The translations under genes were made by a program, and so were the position numbers. Below are positions 24,522 through 38,485 of a stretch of DNA of 64,000 bases, in pieces. Positions within the stretch are counted from its first letter, which is position 1, and each line of letters begins with the position of its first letter. Under the pieces are notes generated by a model. It worked only from the letters and a program-made list of their open reading frames with translations, did no database searches and was not told the origin of the DNA. This DNA comes from Octopus sinensis (taxonomy: Eukaryota): contig NC_042998.1 of the NCBI RefSeq assembly GCF_006345805.1, forward strand, positions 37,386,001-37,450,000. The letters are read 5' to 3'.

Positions 24522-27155
24522 AGGGCTAGAACGTAGGGTAGACTTCAGTGCCTACCTACATAGCCTGCCACGACTCTCGACAAGAAAGGCAGGGTGCTGC
24601 GAAGGTGCCATTACGGCGGCGGAAGTGCGGGAAGCGATGGCAGAATGCTCGAGGGACAAATCACCGGGTTTGGATGGTCTACCCTACGAATTTTACTATT
24701 GTATGCCAGACTTGTTTGGAGACGTCTTGGCAGCGGTATACTGCAACTGGCAGCAAAACGGGAGCATACCCGGTTTTGTGAGTCGAGGAGCTGTAACACT
24801 GCTGAAGAAAGATCCAAACAAGGGAAACATTATAGATAACTTTAGGCCAATCACTCTGCTCAATGCAGACCTGAAAATTTTGACAAAGGTGTTAGCCAAG
24901 AGGTTGGCGCTTGTCATGGAGAAACTGGTGGTCGACAACGCACAAACGTGCGCCGTGCCGGGCCGGAGCATCCATGACAACCTCCATCTGATGCGCTACA
25001 TCATAGACAGGGTAGTTAACGAACCTGGCATGGGTGGGGCCCTGATCAACTTGGATCAATCGAAAGCCTTTGATAGGGTAGACCATCGATACTTGGAGGC
25101 AGTCCTGAGAGCGGCTGGTTTCGGTCCCGTCTTCCGCGGCTGGATAGCTGCCTTGTACAGGGGCATCCGTTCGGTAATTCGCGTAAATGGACATCTATCG
25201 AGACCTTTCGACATTGCACGTTCGGTCCGTCAGGGATGCCCCCTCTCGGCGCGCTTCTATACGTATTGACTCTTGAGCCACTACTGCGGAAGCTGGCGAC
25301 TCTGAGGGGCATCCCGCGAGAATTAGGATGCGGGACGAGCGTGTCTGCATACGCGGACGACGTCACCGTCATAGTGTCAAGCCACGAGCACATCGAGCGG
25401 GTCGGCGAGACACTGAAAGACTACGAAGCGGTGACAGGAGCAAAAATCAACCGGGAAAAAGTCAGGGGCTTGCGGCTCGGCACCTGGAGAAGCAAGCCCA
25501 TGCCGTCCACCAGTACCTCCGTCGGGACGCTGGACAGACGGCCCGGTTGAGTTGCTCGGGGTCTGGTTCGGTCCGGACCTCCAAATGGAGAAGAACTGGA
25601 ACCAGATAACGAGTAGGGTGGTCACTCTCGCCCAGCAATGGGCCGAGAGGAAACTGTCCCTAAAAGGTCGGGCGGAGGTGGTGAACGCGTACATCGCGTC
25701 CATCATCTACTACCGCCTGACCGTCGTACCTTGTCCCGACCCTACCATCACCAAACTAGAACGTATCCTCTTCCGCTTCTTGTGGAAAGGATGCGTCCCG
25801 ATGGTCAGGCGATCCATTTGCTGTCAACACCCGTTAAAAGGAGGGCTGGGCATGCCGTGGTTGATGATGCGCAGACACGCGCTGAGACTGCGACATCTCC
25901 GGCTCTATGTAGACGACGGTGAACAGGTGTGGTCGCCGTTTGTGAGGCACGCATTCCCGCAACTCGTCTCCATGACCGAACTACAGTCGTGGATCAAAAA
26001 GAGGCCGAAGAAGGGCGAATGGTACCGCGAGTGTCGCGTTGCTCTCAAGCAACTCTGCCGTCCCGGGTCGACCTTGAGTGACTTCAACACAACCAAAGCA
26101 TTCTATAGGGGATTAGTGGAGGGGAGGTACGACGACGAGCTCGGGGCAAACCTGGGCGTCGACGAGGAATACCTGACCCGCCTGTTCAAACGACTTTCGG
26201 CCCGGGACCTATGGACAACTTCCAGAGATCCCTGGCCTGGCGGTGCTACCGAGAAGCGCTACCCGTTCGGGATAAGCTCTATAGGCATGGCTCGAGAAAC
26301 ACGGGGCCGACCTGCCCGAGATGCGGGCAGAGCGACGAAACCGCTCTGCACGCAATCGTGCAGTGTCCAGCAATTTCCCACCTGTGGGCTTATGTCGAAC
26401 GACTGCTGTCACGTGTGGGACGTGTCGGTTTATCAGCCGAGTCTATCGTTAATATCGTCACGCCTCCTTCCTTCAAACGGGAAGGAAGAGCTATTTTTAT
26501 CATACTTGTGGCTATGGCGAAAGAATGTATCTGGTGGACGCGTCTGAAAGGATTAGAGACAAACACTTCCTCTCTGGTCAATCTCTCATCAACTTCTTCA
26601 AGTATCACTTGAAGAAAAAAGTGAGAGTAGAGAGGCAAGTTTTGTCTAGTGAATGTTTTAAAAAAAGATGGGTGAATGTAGCAAGGATGGCATGTATGAA
26701 TGACGAAGCCACCTTGACTATGATTCTATGAACCGTAAATTAATACAGAGAGTTGCTTATTTGCAAAAAAAAAAAAAAGAAATATAACATGTGACTTCAT
26801 TGACCGAGGTTACCGTGGTCTTTTCCGTAGGCTTTTCTTTCCACGGGTAAACCTCACCTGTCCTCCCCTTTACACTTCATATTGACATTTCTGTGATAAC
26901 GATCCCTATTGATCAATTTTTTTCCTCTCCCCCTTTTTTTTTAACCCCCCCTTTTTTGTCCTCTTTCTCTCCTTTTACGATCCCTTTTGATCGACCCCCT
27001 TTTCTATTTTTTTTTATTTTTTTTAAATTTTATTTGTTATTTTATTTTTTATTTTTATTTATTTATTTATTTTTTTTTTAAACCTTCAAAAGAAAAGCTC
27101 TACCTTGTAATTTGTTCTATCTGTGTGCAGCCCTGTGTGGCTAATAAAGAAACAT
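24522..27155 (+). mobile_element. Tx1 family 1, 5'-truncated copy 3 with complete RT domain (frameshifted)
   Basis: KSPGLDG, RPITLLN, LDQSKAFDRV, VRQGCPLS, YADD, CPRC..ET..H; starts right after (TCTA)n of copy 2. Confidence 0.93.
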
Positions 27156-27359
<204 letters not shown>

Positions 27360-27436
27360 GTCTTTCTGTCTGTCTAAGTACACGCACACTTAAATATAAA
27401 ATGCACATAACATATAAGCATATGCATGAGTGTGAG

Positions 27437-27480
<44 letters not shown>

Positions 27481-28867
27481 CGTGTGTGTTTACATATGTT
27501 TTTGAGTGTGTGAGTGAATTTTTACAACGCAATATTGACGTGCGTAACTTCCAATTTTCGTGTGGTGACGGCTAGTAAATCGAAACTCTGAAATTATTGT
27601 CAATGTTTCCCTTCTAAAAAAAACAACACATACGCGTTGCACTGTAAAAATGCGCAAAGTGGACTGATAATTTAATGATGGGCCGTTTATTATAACTATA
27701 TTTAAGCAAACTGTCATATATATATATATATATATTTTTTTTTATATATACATACGATTCATCTATATATTGAAGACTACATTTCAGTTGAATTCTCACT
27801 CAGGCAGCAATTGGTTTCAGTGGCTTAACAAATGGTCCTAGCGACTTAGAATCAAACATTTAATGAAGTTTTGCTCAAATGCTGTTAAATCTTTGATTTG
27901 CTTTGTCTTGTCTTAGCTTTGAAACAAAGTAAATTGAAAGAACTTGTGTTGAGAATGCCTTGGAGAAGCAACTGTAGCCTAACACTATAATAAAAAGACT
28001 GAAATTTAATAGTTTCTCAATTAGTTAAATAGTCCATTATTTCACAAGGGGCCGCTTGATATATGAAATACGTCTATGATAGCAATACAAAAATCGATAG
28101 AAAACCTAAAGTCTACTACAAAACTCACACAGACCCAAGCATGCATAGGCACGAATATATAGTAAATTACGAAGCGAATTATTTAGTTATACATTTTCAA
28201 ACAGACCACCATACTAAATTATTAAAAACACGTAACCATATCTAATGCTTGAATGTCATTGGATAACTCGATGGAAAGCACTAAAATAAACTAACGAGAC
28301 CCATATAAAACGAACTGTACCTCGCCAGAAAAACTGCGATAATTTGCAGTAACAAAGAAGCAGTTGCGAAAATTATGCAATGGAATTGCATTATTGCCAA
28401 CACCAACTGGTTTAATATTGATGAAAACAAAACCAACTGCCGAATTGTCCAGATCGATATCGTGGATTACTAACTAACCAGAGAAGTTCTTCCTATTCCA
28501 TCTCACGAATTTTGTATAATGTATACTTCTGAAACTGATGTAATACCAATATCATAATGAGTGCAAAGACTTCAGTTTTCGTTTATTATGATTCCTGTTG
28601 TCGAGGCTACACCATAATGAACTTTACAATGTATCTGTGTCTAATCCAATTGCACTGAGTGTCTGATCTCATTGGGTGCATTTGTTAGAATCGAAGGAAT
28701 AGAAAAAACATTATAAAAATTATAGCATAACGTTAAGACTAGGAAAAAATTATATTCTAAAATGCGAAAGAATAACATGTTGGCAAATACATATATTTTC
28801 ATGACGTTCATATATTATTGTCCTTCATATATCTATATATATCTATATATCTGTCTGTATGTCTGTT

Positions 28868-28926
<59 letters not shown>

Positions 28927-29007
28927 TCATATATGCGTGTATATGTACATGTAGAGGTAGTTACGTACATATATGTTTATATATATGCATAATTTTTATT
29001 TTATTTA

Positions 29008-29067
<60 letters not shown>

Positions 29068-29099
29068 CGTGTGTATATGAATGCGTGTGCTTGAATATA

Positions 29100-29155
<56 letters not shown>

Positions 29156-29212
29156 CTCTTTTACTTGTTGCAGTCATTTGACTGCGGCCATGCTGGTGCA
29201 CCGCCTTAAATA
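29156..29212 (-). mobile_element. 3' tail fragment of SINE family B
   Basis: Minus strand tttaaggcggtgcaccagcatggccgcagtcaaatgactgcaacaagtaaaag matches tails at 14617 and 62670. Confidence 0.8.
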
Positions 29213-29217
29213 AGTTG

Positions 29218-29290
29218 CGAGCTCACCAGGATTCGAACCTAGAATCTTCTGATCCGTAGTCAGACGCGTTATCCATTGCGCCACGAGCCC
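29218..29290 (-). tRNA. tRNA-Arg (anticodon ACG), gene or retrocopy
   Basis: GGGCTCGTGGCGCAATGGATAACGCGTCTGACTACGGATCAGAAGATTCTAGGTTCGAATCCTGGTGAGCTCG, 73 nt, full cloverleaf, closely matches animal Arg-ACG. Confidence 0.93.
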
Positions 29291-29367
29291 TATATATATA
29301 TACGTTTACAGATATTACTTAGTATGTTGTTTATTATTAGTATGTATATTTATTAGTACCTTATTTC

Positions 29368-29403
<36 letters not shown>

Positions 29404-29408
<5 letters not shown>

Positions 29409-29560
29409 CGCAGCTGTGGCTGTGTGGTAAGTGCCTTGTTTGGTTCTGGATTCAATCCTACTACGTGGCACCTTGGGCAGGTGTCTCCTACTATAGCCTC
29501 GGGGCGATCAAAGCGTTGTGAGTGGATTTGGTAGACGGAAACTGGAATGAGGCCGTCGTA
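29404..29560 (+). mobile_element. SINE family B 5' half
   Basis: ggcgcagctgtggctgtgtggtaag..ggcaccttgggcaggtgtctcctactatagcc..ggatttggtagacggaaactg. Confidence 0.8.
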
Positions 29561-29562
29561 TA

Positions 29563-29606
<44 letters not shown>

Positions 29607-29615
29607 ATATATATA

Positions 29616-29810
29616 TGATGAGGTGCTGAAAAGTTCTTGGTTTTAAGAGTATCGCGAAAGGCGCGCTTGAAGGCCATAACTTCGGAGTTTTTTTTTGCAG
29701 GCTTAGAAAGCCTGAGAGACGGAACCGGAATATGTTGAATAAACCATAGATTAATTGTTCCTCCTGTATATTCTGTTACACAAAGCCAGGAACTTTTCAA
29801 CACCTCCTCG
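29616..29810. mobile_element. Mariner-type MITE
   Basis: TIRs gaggtgctgaaaagttcttggttt / aaagccaggaacttttcaacacctc. Confidence 0.7.
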
Positions 29811-30504
29811 CGTGCGTGCATGTGTGCGCGTGCGTATGAATACATGCGTGCATACAGAATATCTAACTATAGGTGACAGAGAACGTGTATCAGCAAGAAA
29901 AAGTTAGTTACAGAGATAGAGAGACAGAGACAACAACCGAGAGACAGAGACAACAACCGAGAGACACAGAGACGGAGAGACAAGCAGAACTAAAGAAATC
30001 GTGTAAGAAACCAAAATGAAATTCATAATAGAATATTTGATGTATCAAACATGGATGCCAATCATGACTTTTGCCAACTCTTCCCTTAGGTTCGTTTAGA
30101 TGTTATAAATATTTGTACTGTTGATCATAGTGTTACGCTTTATGAATGTGTCGGCTAAATGTATAAATGCTTGTGCATGTGTGTGTGTGCTTGTATGTGT
30201 ACGATCTGCATACGTATGTGCGTGACATGCAAGGTCTTGTGTTTTTTTTCTCCTTTTGTCGTCGGTAATGACAATCTGTCGAACAGTGTTGGTTTAGCTA
30301 TGAAAATATTCTTGCGTTTCGAGAAAAGTACGAATCAGTTTTGCATGAAAAATCTTGAGATGGGCTTCTTCTAAAACATAATATTATTCGAAACATTTTA
30401 GCGTGACAATGCGTTGTCTAAAACAAAGGAATACACATACAAACAGAATCGGAAATCTTACTATAATTCATACATGCATAAACATAGCTTTCATGATTTA
30501 TTTA

Positions 30505-30700
30505 ATCTTTTATTTGTTTCGGCTATTAGACAACGGCCATACTGGGGCACCGCCTTAAGGGATCTGAGTCGAGCAATTCGACTCCTCTGCTTATTGTTTG
30601 AAGCTTGGTACTTATGCTATCGGGCTTTTTTGCCAGAGCGCTAAGTTATATATACGTGATCACACCAACACCCGCTGTCAGGAAGTGGTGGACACAAACA
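30505..30700 (-). mobile_element. SINE family B 3' half
   Basis: cttttatttgtttcggctattagacaacggccatactggggcaccgcctt..gagcgctaagtta..acaccaacacccgctgtca. Confidence 0.7.
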
Positions 30701-30730
30701 CAAACACGATGATATATGCACATTGATATA

Positions 30731-30766
<36 letters not shown>

Positions 30767-30899
30767 TATGTGTATATATAGGTATATATATAAATATACA
30801 GCGTGTAATGGGTAAATTGTGGCCATTTTATATTTTTTATATTTCGCGCATGCACATTGCTTGTCTGTGATTTTATCGACGACACATTATAGTAAGGTC

Positions 30900-31415
30900 A
30901 GTTGAGCAACGTTTATGAGAAAAACAGCATGATGTCGCTATTCTCTATGCCAGAAATTTGAAAAGGACACGCTGTACTGCTTGATATTCGCGGCGGAAGC
31001 TCCAATACGAACGTGTACCAATACAAACATATGGCGAGTGTGATAAAAATCAAACATCCAGTCAATATCATGCCTCCATTCCTCATCCCCGCACGGCCTC
31101 AGACTCAACACGGAGGCCTACATCAGGTGCCTGTCAGACAGCTTTCACGACCACATAAACAGTAGCATCTGGCCACATAACTCCCCAGACTGCAACCCTC
31201 TTAATTATTATGTGTGAGGTACAGTTGAGCGAGAGACCAACAAAATTCATTATAACACCAAAGATGAGGTCAAGTCAAGGATTATGGCAGCATTCACCAA
31301 CTTAAACAAGGAGACCGTCCAGACAAGAGGCAGGAGATTCCGAAGTCGTCTGGGGGCCGTGGTTGAAGCCAATGGCAATTCAATTGAATAAATTTATTCT
31401 TCAGTATTTCAAGAT
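30900..31415 (+). pseudogene. Tc1/mariner-type transposase 3' fragment
   Basis: WPHNSPDCNPLNYYV*GTVERETNK..RIMAAFTNLNKETV..RFRSRLGAVVEANGNSIE*. Confidence 0.8.
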
Positions 31416-31631
31416 ATTCTAAGTTCATTATATTCAGATTTATATATATATATTTCGGAATGGTCATTTTGCCAATAAAAACACACGCACTATATATTTG
31501 GTGTTATTTTGCTTCAGTGTTATTTATTTTTTACATTAATCTTAATCTTATTTAAATATTTAAACGTATATATATATAAATCTGAATATAATGAAATTAG
31601 AATTTTTTTTATACTCTCCTATATCGATGGA

Positions 31632-32128
31632 AAAAAAATTCTATATATCTAGGGAAATTACTTGGTTCATCTTGATTACCCCCCTTCCATTATTTTTTAT
31701 ATCTTATTGACTCCTGATATATTTACTAAATTGATAACGTTTTTCTCCACGGGTAGTAAATATTATGTCTCACATATTCTTTTAATTCGACTCATTAATA
31801 AATCAAATCACCATTTACTAGCTAATTATGATTCTATATTAATAGAAATGGAGATATATAAATATGAAATAATTGCAAAAAATTCTATATATCTAGAGAA
31901 ATTACATGGTTCATCTTGATTACCTCCCTTCCATTACTTTTTAATATATTTCATTGACATCTGATATATGTGCTAAATTAATAAAGTTTTTTCCTCAGTT
32001 AGTAAATATTATGTCTAACATTTACTTTTAATTCAACTCATTAAAAAAATCCCCATTTACTAGCTAATTATGATTATATAGTAATAGAAATGGATATATA
32101 TATATTCATATAAATATGAAATGATTTC
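31632..32128. repeat. Two diverged tandem copies of a ~245-bp AT-rich unit
   Basis: aaaaaattctatatatctag(g/a)gaaattac(t/a)tggttcatcttgattacc.. at ~31632 and ~31877. Confidence 0.85.
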
Positions 32129-33419
32129 TATATTTTCTATCCCTATATAAGATACTAATATTTATTGAAATCCTTTAGAAAATTGTCTAAAGAATATTTA
32201 CTTAAATTTCTTAATAAAGAATCTGGATGTCAAATGGTAAGGGACACTAAAACCTCTAGAGCACTAGTAGTCTATGTTCCCCTACCCCTCTAACTTCAAC
32301 CTACTAGCTTTTTGCTATAATTCATTCAAATGTACCTAAACTGAATTCCTCAAAATGGGAATAGGTTTATGGTTTTCACATTTGTTCTACCCCTTCCTAT
32401 ATTCATAAATAGAAATATTCTGTCTCCATCCAACCAAAAATAATATACCCCTCCCCATTGACAGATCTAAATAACAAAGTGAGAAAATCTAGTCAGAGAG
32501 TGAATTTACTACTATCATGTTATTAAGAATGAAATCAACCTCTCTGTCTATATATCTAGAATGCTCCTTTCATCCGTACATGCAGCGGTGAATGTAGTAT
32601 TCAGTACAATAACAACGAATGGATGCAATTCTCATATCACAATAAAATCGCAACATAATTCTAAAAGAAGCAGACATTATACATACTTCACGAAAGGACA
32701 TTGGCACCTTCTAGAAGACATCTGACTTTAATGACTGACTGCGTGCGTGATGATGTCGCCATCAAAAAATAACATTATCCTGACTACCATAATGTGGAAA
32801 TTCCGAAGCTGACATTTTTCATGTTCTGATAATATTATGATAGCATAGAATCACTGATACATTTGAATATAGAAATTGTAGTGTTCCAAACTATCTGCAA
32901 GGTGTTTTTTAAGAACATACGAATACGATTTGATGGAAACTCACTATTTGATGTTTTACCTTACAGGAGGGACAGAAAGATGGGAAAAAAACAACATTAA
33001 AAAAACATCACAAGGAAACAAAGAAAAAGAAATCTATGGGGAAATCAAGTAACAGAAGATGAAGAAGAGAGAGAGAGAGTGACGAGTTGCGCCAGAACAA
33101 AGGGCGTACTTAGCCGTGCCTCGCGGACATGATTGCAAAGGAATTGCCGCAGAGAGCAGCCAGCTCACCTCATAGACATGATTTCTCACACAGACCATGC
33201 TTATCCCGATTTTGCGAAGGATATCGACAGTCCGGGGTCCGAGAATAAGTGAGGTCTCAACGGTGACCGGCACAAACTGAGAGCAGCCGGTCATTCTTCT
33301 TTTATCATTGTTTATTGTTCTCTGCCCTACGTTACGGGCGGAGATGTCCGGTGCATAAGGAAATTTTAGCTGGTCCATTGTTATGTTTCTGCCTTTTTTT
33401 AAACGAACATGTTTATAAA

Positions 33420-33562
33420 ATGTTGTTCCCCAGACGAACAATTACATATCTGCACGTGTGGTGGCTGATCGCGTTTTTATGTTGTGTACGTGCCAGATTT
33501 AATGTGAATGCGTATTTATATATGCGTCACTATGCAGAAGAGACAGACTGTAGAAAAGTTTG
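33420..33562 (+). CDS. Candidate first coding exon with signal-peptide-like start
   Basis: aaaATG; MLFPRRTITYLHVWWLIAFLCCVRA..; perfect TG|GTAAGT donor; GC-richer unique upstream region. Confidence 0.35.
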
Positions 33563-34974
33563 GTAAGTTCTTCAATATATCTTTTATGGCTCAGCATAAA
33601 TCTCAATATACTTCAATATATATATCGATGTCTACCTGTATGTAACTAGGTATACACAAACATAAACACACATATGTATGTATGTGCGTGTGTGTATACA
33701 TATGTACAGCTTGTATACATCTGCATATCTTCTAACGCATCTAATGTGTATGAGAATAAGATGTAAATGATAGGAGAGAATTACTCGTTAACAAAAGAAA
33801 AACACATTCATTTGCCAGCGTATCCGATCTACGTTCTGCTCATCTCCAATTCTTTGTGATAATTTTATTTGATAGAGCTTTTCATTTGTATTATTTTCAT
33901 TTATTTTTCTTGCATATTTTTTCTATAAATGTTGTTTCTTTTTATTGTTGCTTTTTTAAATTTTAATTCATTTATCGATCCTCCGCTGTGTTAACACATT
34001 CTAATTCCTCTAATTCCATCCATTTGATTTATTGTCTTGCCAATTTTACTCGCATTGTTTGTTGTTTTAACTATCGCTTTTGCCTTAACACGTTGTTATT
34101 TATTCTTGATGTTTATTTTTTGTTGCGTTTAATGGTTATTTTTTTTATTTGATGCTTGTATTATTGAGTAATTCATGTGAAACTGTTTTACATTTGGGTT
34201 CAGAGGAACGATGTCCAATAACAAACATTCTAAATATTTAAAGGTGTTTTTCCTTTCCTTTTTAATGATCTGATCTTAACTGTTGTAGATTTATTTCGTA
34301 ATTTCGACCTGTTAATGATTGCAAATTCGCACGAATATTTCCGAAGAGGATATTCGCTAATGTTGCATTAAGATTTTCTCCGCTGCAATAATAATAATAA
34401 TGTCTCCATATATATCTAACAGTGATCATTATATCGAAAATAGAGCGATAAAATGACAGAGCTGTTTAGAGATGTAAGTATCCTCGTGAGAGCCGAAGAG
34501 AAAGACGCAAAGAAAACGGAGAGAAATGTGGGAAAGGAATCTGTTAAAGTTTCCATCAGTTTTATGGGGTTTTTTTTTATTTATGTGGACACATTGTTTT
34601 TTTTCTGGGGGCGTGGAAATGCGTTTAATTTCGACACTTTTTCATATTTGAGAAAGTGAATTAGGAAAAAAGAAACTGCCCATTCTTCAAAGTGGTGCTT
34701 CAGAATGGCAGTAGTCTCTGGACTGGAACTAGTTTGAAATAAAACACAAACGATCAGATTATATAGTGAGCAGGGCAATTGTTTCTAAATTGATATATTT
34801 CAGTAAACCGGGTGTTAAAGGATTGCTGCACAATTAAGTGACGAAGAAAATGCAAGTCAGAATTTTGTCGCAGAGATTTCCCTGTTATTACAAAAATTAT
34901 TGAAGTTTAAATTTTCATTGACAGCAATTTGAGGTTATTAATAATATTGATACTTCTACACAAAAATATTCTTT

Positions 34975-35172
34975 GCTACTTTAGACACAAGTCCCGAAAT
35001 TTTGTGGGAGGGGGCCAATCGATTAAATTGACCCCAGTTCTCAACCGATACTTAATTTATTGACCCCGAAAGGATGGAATGCAAAGTCGATCTCGGCGGA
35101 ATTTGAAGTCAGAACGTAAAGACAGACGAAATACTGTTAAGCATTTCGCCCAGAGTGCTAACGTTTCTGCCA
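34975..35172 (-). mobile_element. SINE family A monomer with original tail
   Basis: Core and ggccccctcccacaaaatttcgggacttgtgtc tail. Confidence 0.85.
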
Positions 35173-36202
35173 CAAAAATATGAATTCCTTTTCTACACAA
35201 AAATATTAATGCAGCATTCAGCTGGTTGTATATTTTCAAATGTTGCTGTGGTGATCGGCGAAAATAGGCAGGTACAATTGCTACTTAGAGAATTAGCAAT
35301 CATGCGTTGTAAACGTAAACGGTGATTATTCAGTTACCCATGACAATATAAATAATGAATGGATTTAATAGATATTACATAAATGTATGTTACACATCGT
35401 AGAGTAAAACGCAGTTTACTGGCAAATTCGAAACCGTAATGTGGGTTCACTCTGTTGAAAGAGTAGTTTCACATCAATTACGCAACTGTGGGATCATTAA
35501 TATTACAACACTTGACTCAGAAATACAATATAGCTAAAGAAGAGAAAAAATGGCGTTGTAACGAAGAATCTAAAATATTTTTATTGGTACTTTTCGTTTT
35601 TTTAATTGACACAGAGTCATTTAGTTGTTTCGTGAGGGAATATTGTATTTGTTATGCAAAAATCTATAAACAAAGAAAAATGATTTATTATAATTGATGT
35701 TGAAAACTAAAAACACCTAATGAATATTTAAGATATCCGCTAACGAGTGTAAAATATGAATATAACTAGCTTGCAAAAAAAAAGTTATGAATGTTGATAA
35801 CGAGAACTGATTATCAAATAAAATCTTTATTGACACTAAATATTTTAACATGAACACTAACAACACTGGGACCCTTTCTTTAAAAGGGACCATTAGATGA
35901 CGATTTGATTCGCATTCTCAAATTTGCTCTCTTTCAATGCACAAATAATAGCAAAACTAATTGGTCATTGGTTGGTCTCAAAATTATAGGATTTCTGTAT
36001 ATTGATGTATTTGTAAGTAAATACAACTCAGGTAAGCCAATAAGGGAATAATCCCAATCTTTTAAATTTTCTTGAAAGATAATCAGTTTTCGATTAGAGG
36101 GGATTAATTAATGTTAGAGAAAATAAATTAGAATTAGAGTTTAATTAAATGTATTCTGAAGATTCTCTTTTATATACGACTATACATGAAAATATATGAA
36201 AA

Positions 36203-36403
36203 CAGCAATCCCTCGATTATCGCAGGTGCTACCTTCCAAAACCTCCTGCGATAGGTGAAAATCCGCGAACTAGAGAGAGTATTGTATATATTTTTATTAC
36301 TTTTATAATTTGTATACATTTATTTTATTATAAATGGAAAACAACACCACTGAGAAATGACGTAAGCTTAAATAATAAACTGCGATACGGCGACGGATTG
36401 CTG
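36203..36403. mobile_element. Tigger/pogo-like MITE
   Basis: TIRs cagcaatccctcgattatcgcag / ctgcgatacggcgacggattgctg, TA on the right flank. Confidence 0.7.
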
Positions 36404-36887
36404 TATATATAATATTAGTGTCTAAACTAATACAACGAATATGATAGTTTAATGCGCTTTACTAACATGTTTGCTTAAATAACTACGTTGTTTGTGAATG
36501 AATAACCGTTGTGCCTTGTCTCAAATTTCTACATTTCATACAAGTTCTTCGTTCAAGTATATAGCATCCTTTTAAACAGGTTACTATTGTTTGAGTGTGT
36601 AAATTATTTCGGTAGTGTCTTCGATTTTGTCTTACAGCTAGGTTTCTAGAGAACGTATAACGAGTATTTTTTCATAATCTCAAAACTATTTAATGTTCGT
36701 TCGATTTCCATCTAGAATCAACTAACTTTAGTAACGTAACTCTAGAATTTGATTCATTATATGTTTCTCATTCCTAGCCTTATTTTCGTACTGTAGTGAA
36801 TCGATCTTAAAAGCGAGATACATTATCAAATAGCTTGAATATGTTTGTGTGTATAGGTATGTTTGTGTGTATAGGTATGTTTGTTTG

Positions 36888-36928
<41 letters not shown>

Positions 36929-37869
36929 GTGTCTCCGCGCGTGTGCTTGCGCATAATACATGAATACATAAAATTATCAAAATTCTTGGATTGAACGCAT
37001 GGTTTTTCCAAGCTTAAATTATGTTCTTCTATTTGGATGCTAAAGACCTGTTAAGAATTCAAAACCATGTTTAATTTTGTCAAGGTAGTGCTATCAGCCT
37101 GTATTAAAAGGCAATCGGTCTGAGAGCTTATATAGCACAAGAGAATTTCAGACACATCTCAAATTTAAATGACTTTTCGGGAATAATATTAGATGCCCGT
37201 TTTGTTTTTCCTGATATTCATTCCCAGATCATTCTAAATATATATAAACTCAAATCCTCATGAAATACAACTATTTCCAGCTATGATATATCACTTTGCT
37301 ACTCTTATTAGCATCTATAATAAATAAATCACTAAATGTTATAAATGAATTCTGAAAGTAAATTCAGAATGGTTTTCGTAAATATATATTCTCTAGTTCC
37401 GTAGATTGCTTTCCCTCGCTTCAGCTTTGGTTACAGTTTGTAAAGCAGTTTACTTCTGCCAATGAGTTTTACTGAATGAAAATTGTCAAAGGTTTTCTTT
37501 AAAGAGGTGGAATGATTCGCTCCAAAATTTTAGACATCCCGCTGTCTGAAACGCAATTCGGTGTAGACATTGTCACATCAGAATTATAATGTCCGATGAG
37601 AATCATACAAGATGTCAATGTTGATACAGAAAATACTTGTCCACGTGTACTATTAAGCCTTGTCACAAACTAATAACGCCCAGACGTATAATTTTATATA
37701 AAGTATGATATACTGATATACCTTGACATCTCGACCAGTTTGATATTCTGGAGAAATATTTTTAAGATGTGATTTATTATTCCCCATCAGTTAGAATTAC
37801 ATGCATAGCAAGTTTGTGGTTTAAGGAAGATAACCCCTGTCGTATTTGAGGCTTTATACACAAAACTTC

Positions 37870-38190
37870 CTAGACTCCGCCGGTTACGACGACGAGGGTC
37901 CCAGCTGATACGATCAACGGAACAGCTTGCTCGTGAAATTAACGTGCAAATGGCTGAGCATTCCACAGACACGTGTACCCTTAACGTAGTTCTCGGGGAT
38001 AATCAGCGTGACACAGACAGTGACAAGGCTGACCCTTTGAAATACAAGTACAACTCATTTTTGCCAGCTGAGTGGACTGGAGCAACGTGAAATAAAGTGT
38101 CTTGCTCAAGGACACAACGCGTCGCCGGGAATCGAACTCACAACCTTACGATCATGAGCCGAATGCCCTAACCACTAAGCCACGCGCCCT
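37870..38190 (-). mobile_element. tRNA-derived SINE family D (CORE-like body)
   Basis: Head gcgcgtggcttagtggttagg..gagttcgattcc, tgtgtccttgagcaagacac; tail shared with 62935-63110. Confidence 0.8.
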
Positions 38191-38266
38191 CACTACACAA
38201 AACTTAGAGGAGACCACACTGCGCTGGCTTGAAGTAATAAGCAGATGTTCAATATTTATTATAACT

Positions 38267-38485
38267 AAGGCGGCAAGCTGTCAGAAACGTTAACACACGG
38301 GATGAAATGCTTAGCGGCATTTCGTCTGTCTTGACGTTCTGAGTTCAAATTCCGCCGAGATCGACTTTGCTTTTCTTCCTTTTGGGGGAGATAAATTAAG
38401 TACCAGTTGTGTACTGGCGTTAATGTAATCGATTGGCACCCTTCCCCCATAATTTCGGGCCTTGTGCCTGGAGTAGAAAAGAATA
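38267..38485 (+). mobile_element. SINE family A monomer with original tail
   Basis: Head, core and cttcccccataatttcgggccttgtgcctggagtagaaaag tail. Confidence 0.88.

Noticed and set aside
24867-25716. Segment missing from LINE copy 1 as a spliced intron
   Set aside because: No placement of the breakpoints gives GT-AG or GC-AG ends.
20212-26730. GC-rich blocks as possible bacterial horizontal transfer or contamination
   Set aside because: They encode APE/RT of Tx1-clade LINEs with typical tails.
28050-28480. Possible very degraded Hydra-type RT fragment (NCRIVQIDIVDY)
   Set aside because: Only one short motif resembles FTQFDIIDFY; insufficient by eye.
32967-33060. Good acceptor (ttttaccttacAG) followed by a short Lys-rich frame, as next polycystin exon
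   Set aside because: No polycystin-like motif, open in two frames, weak donor.
37575-37680. DENHTRCQC resembling a GPS motif
   Set aside because: Followed immediately by a stop, lacks the preceding W..GC and following HLT.
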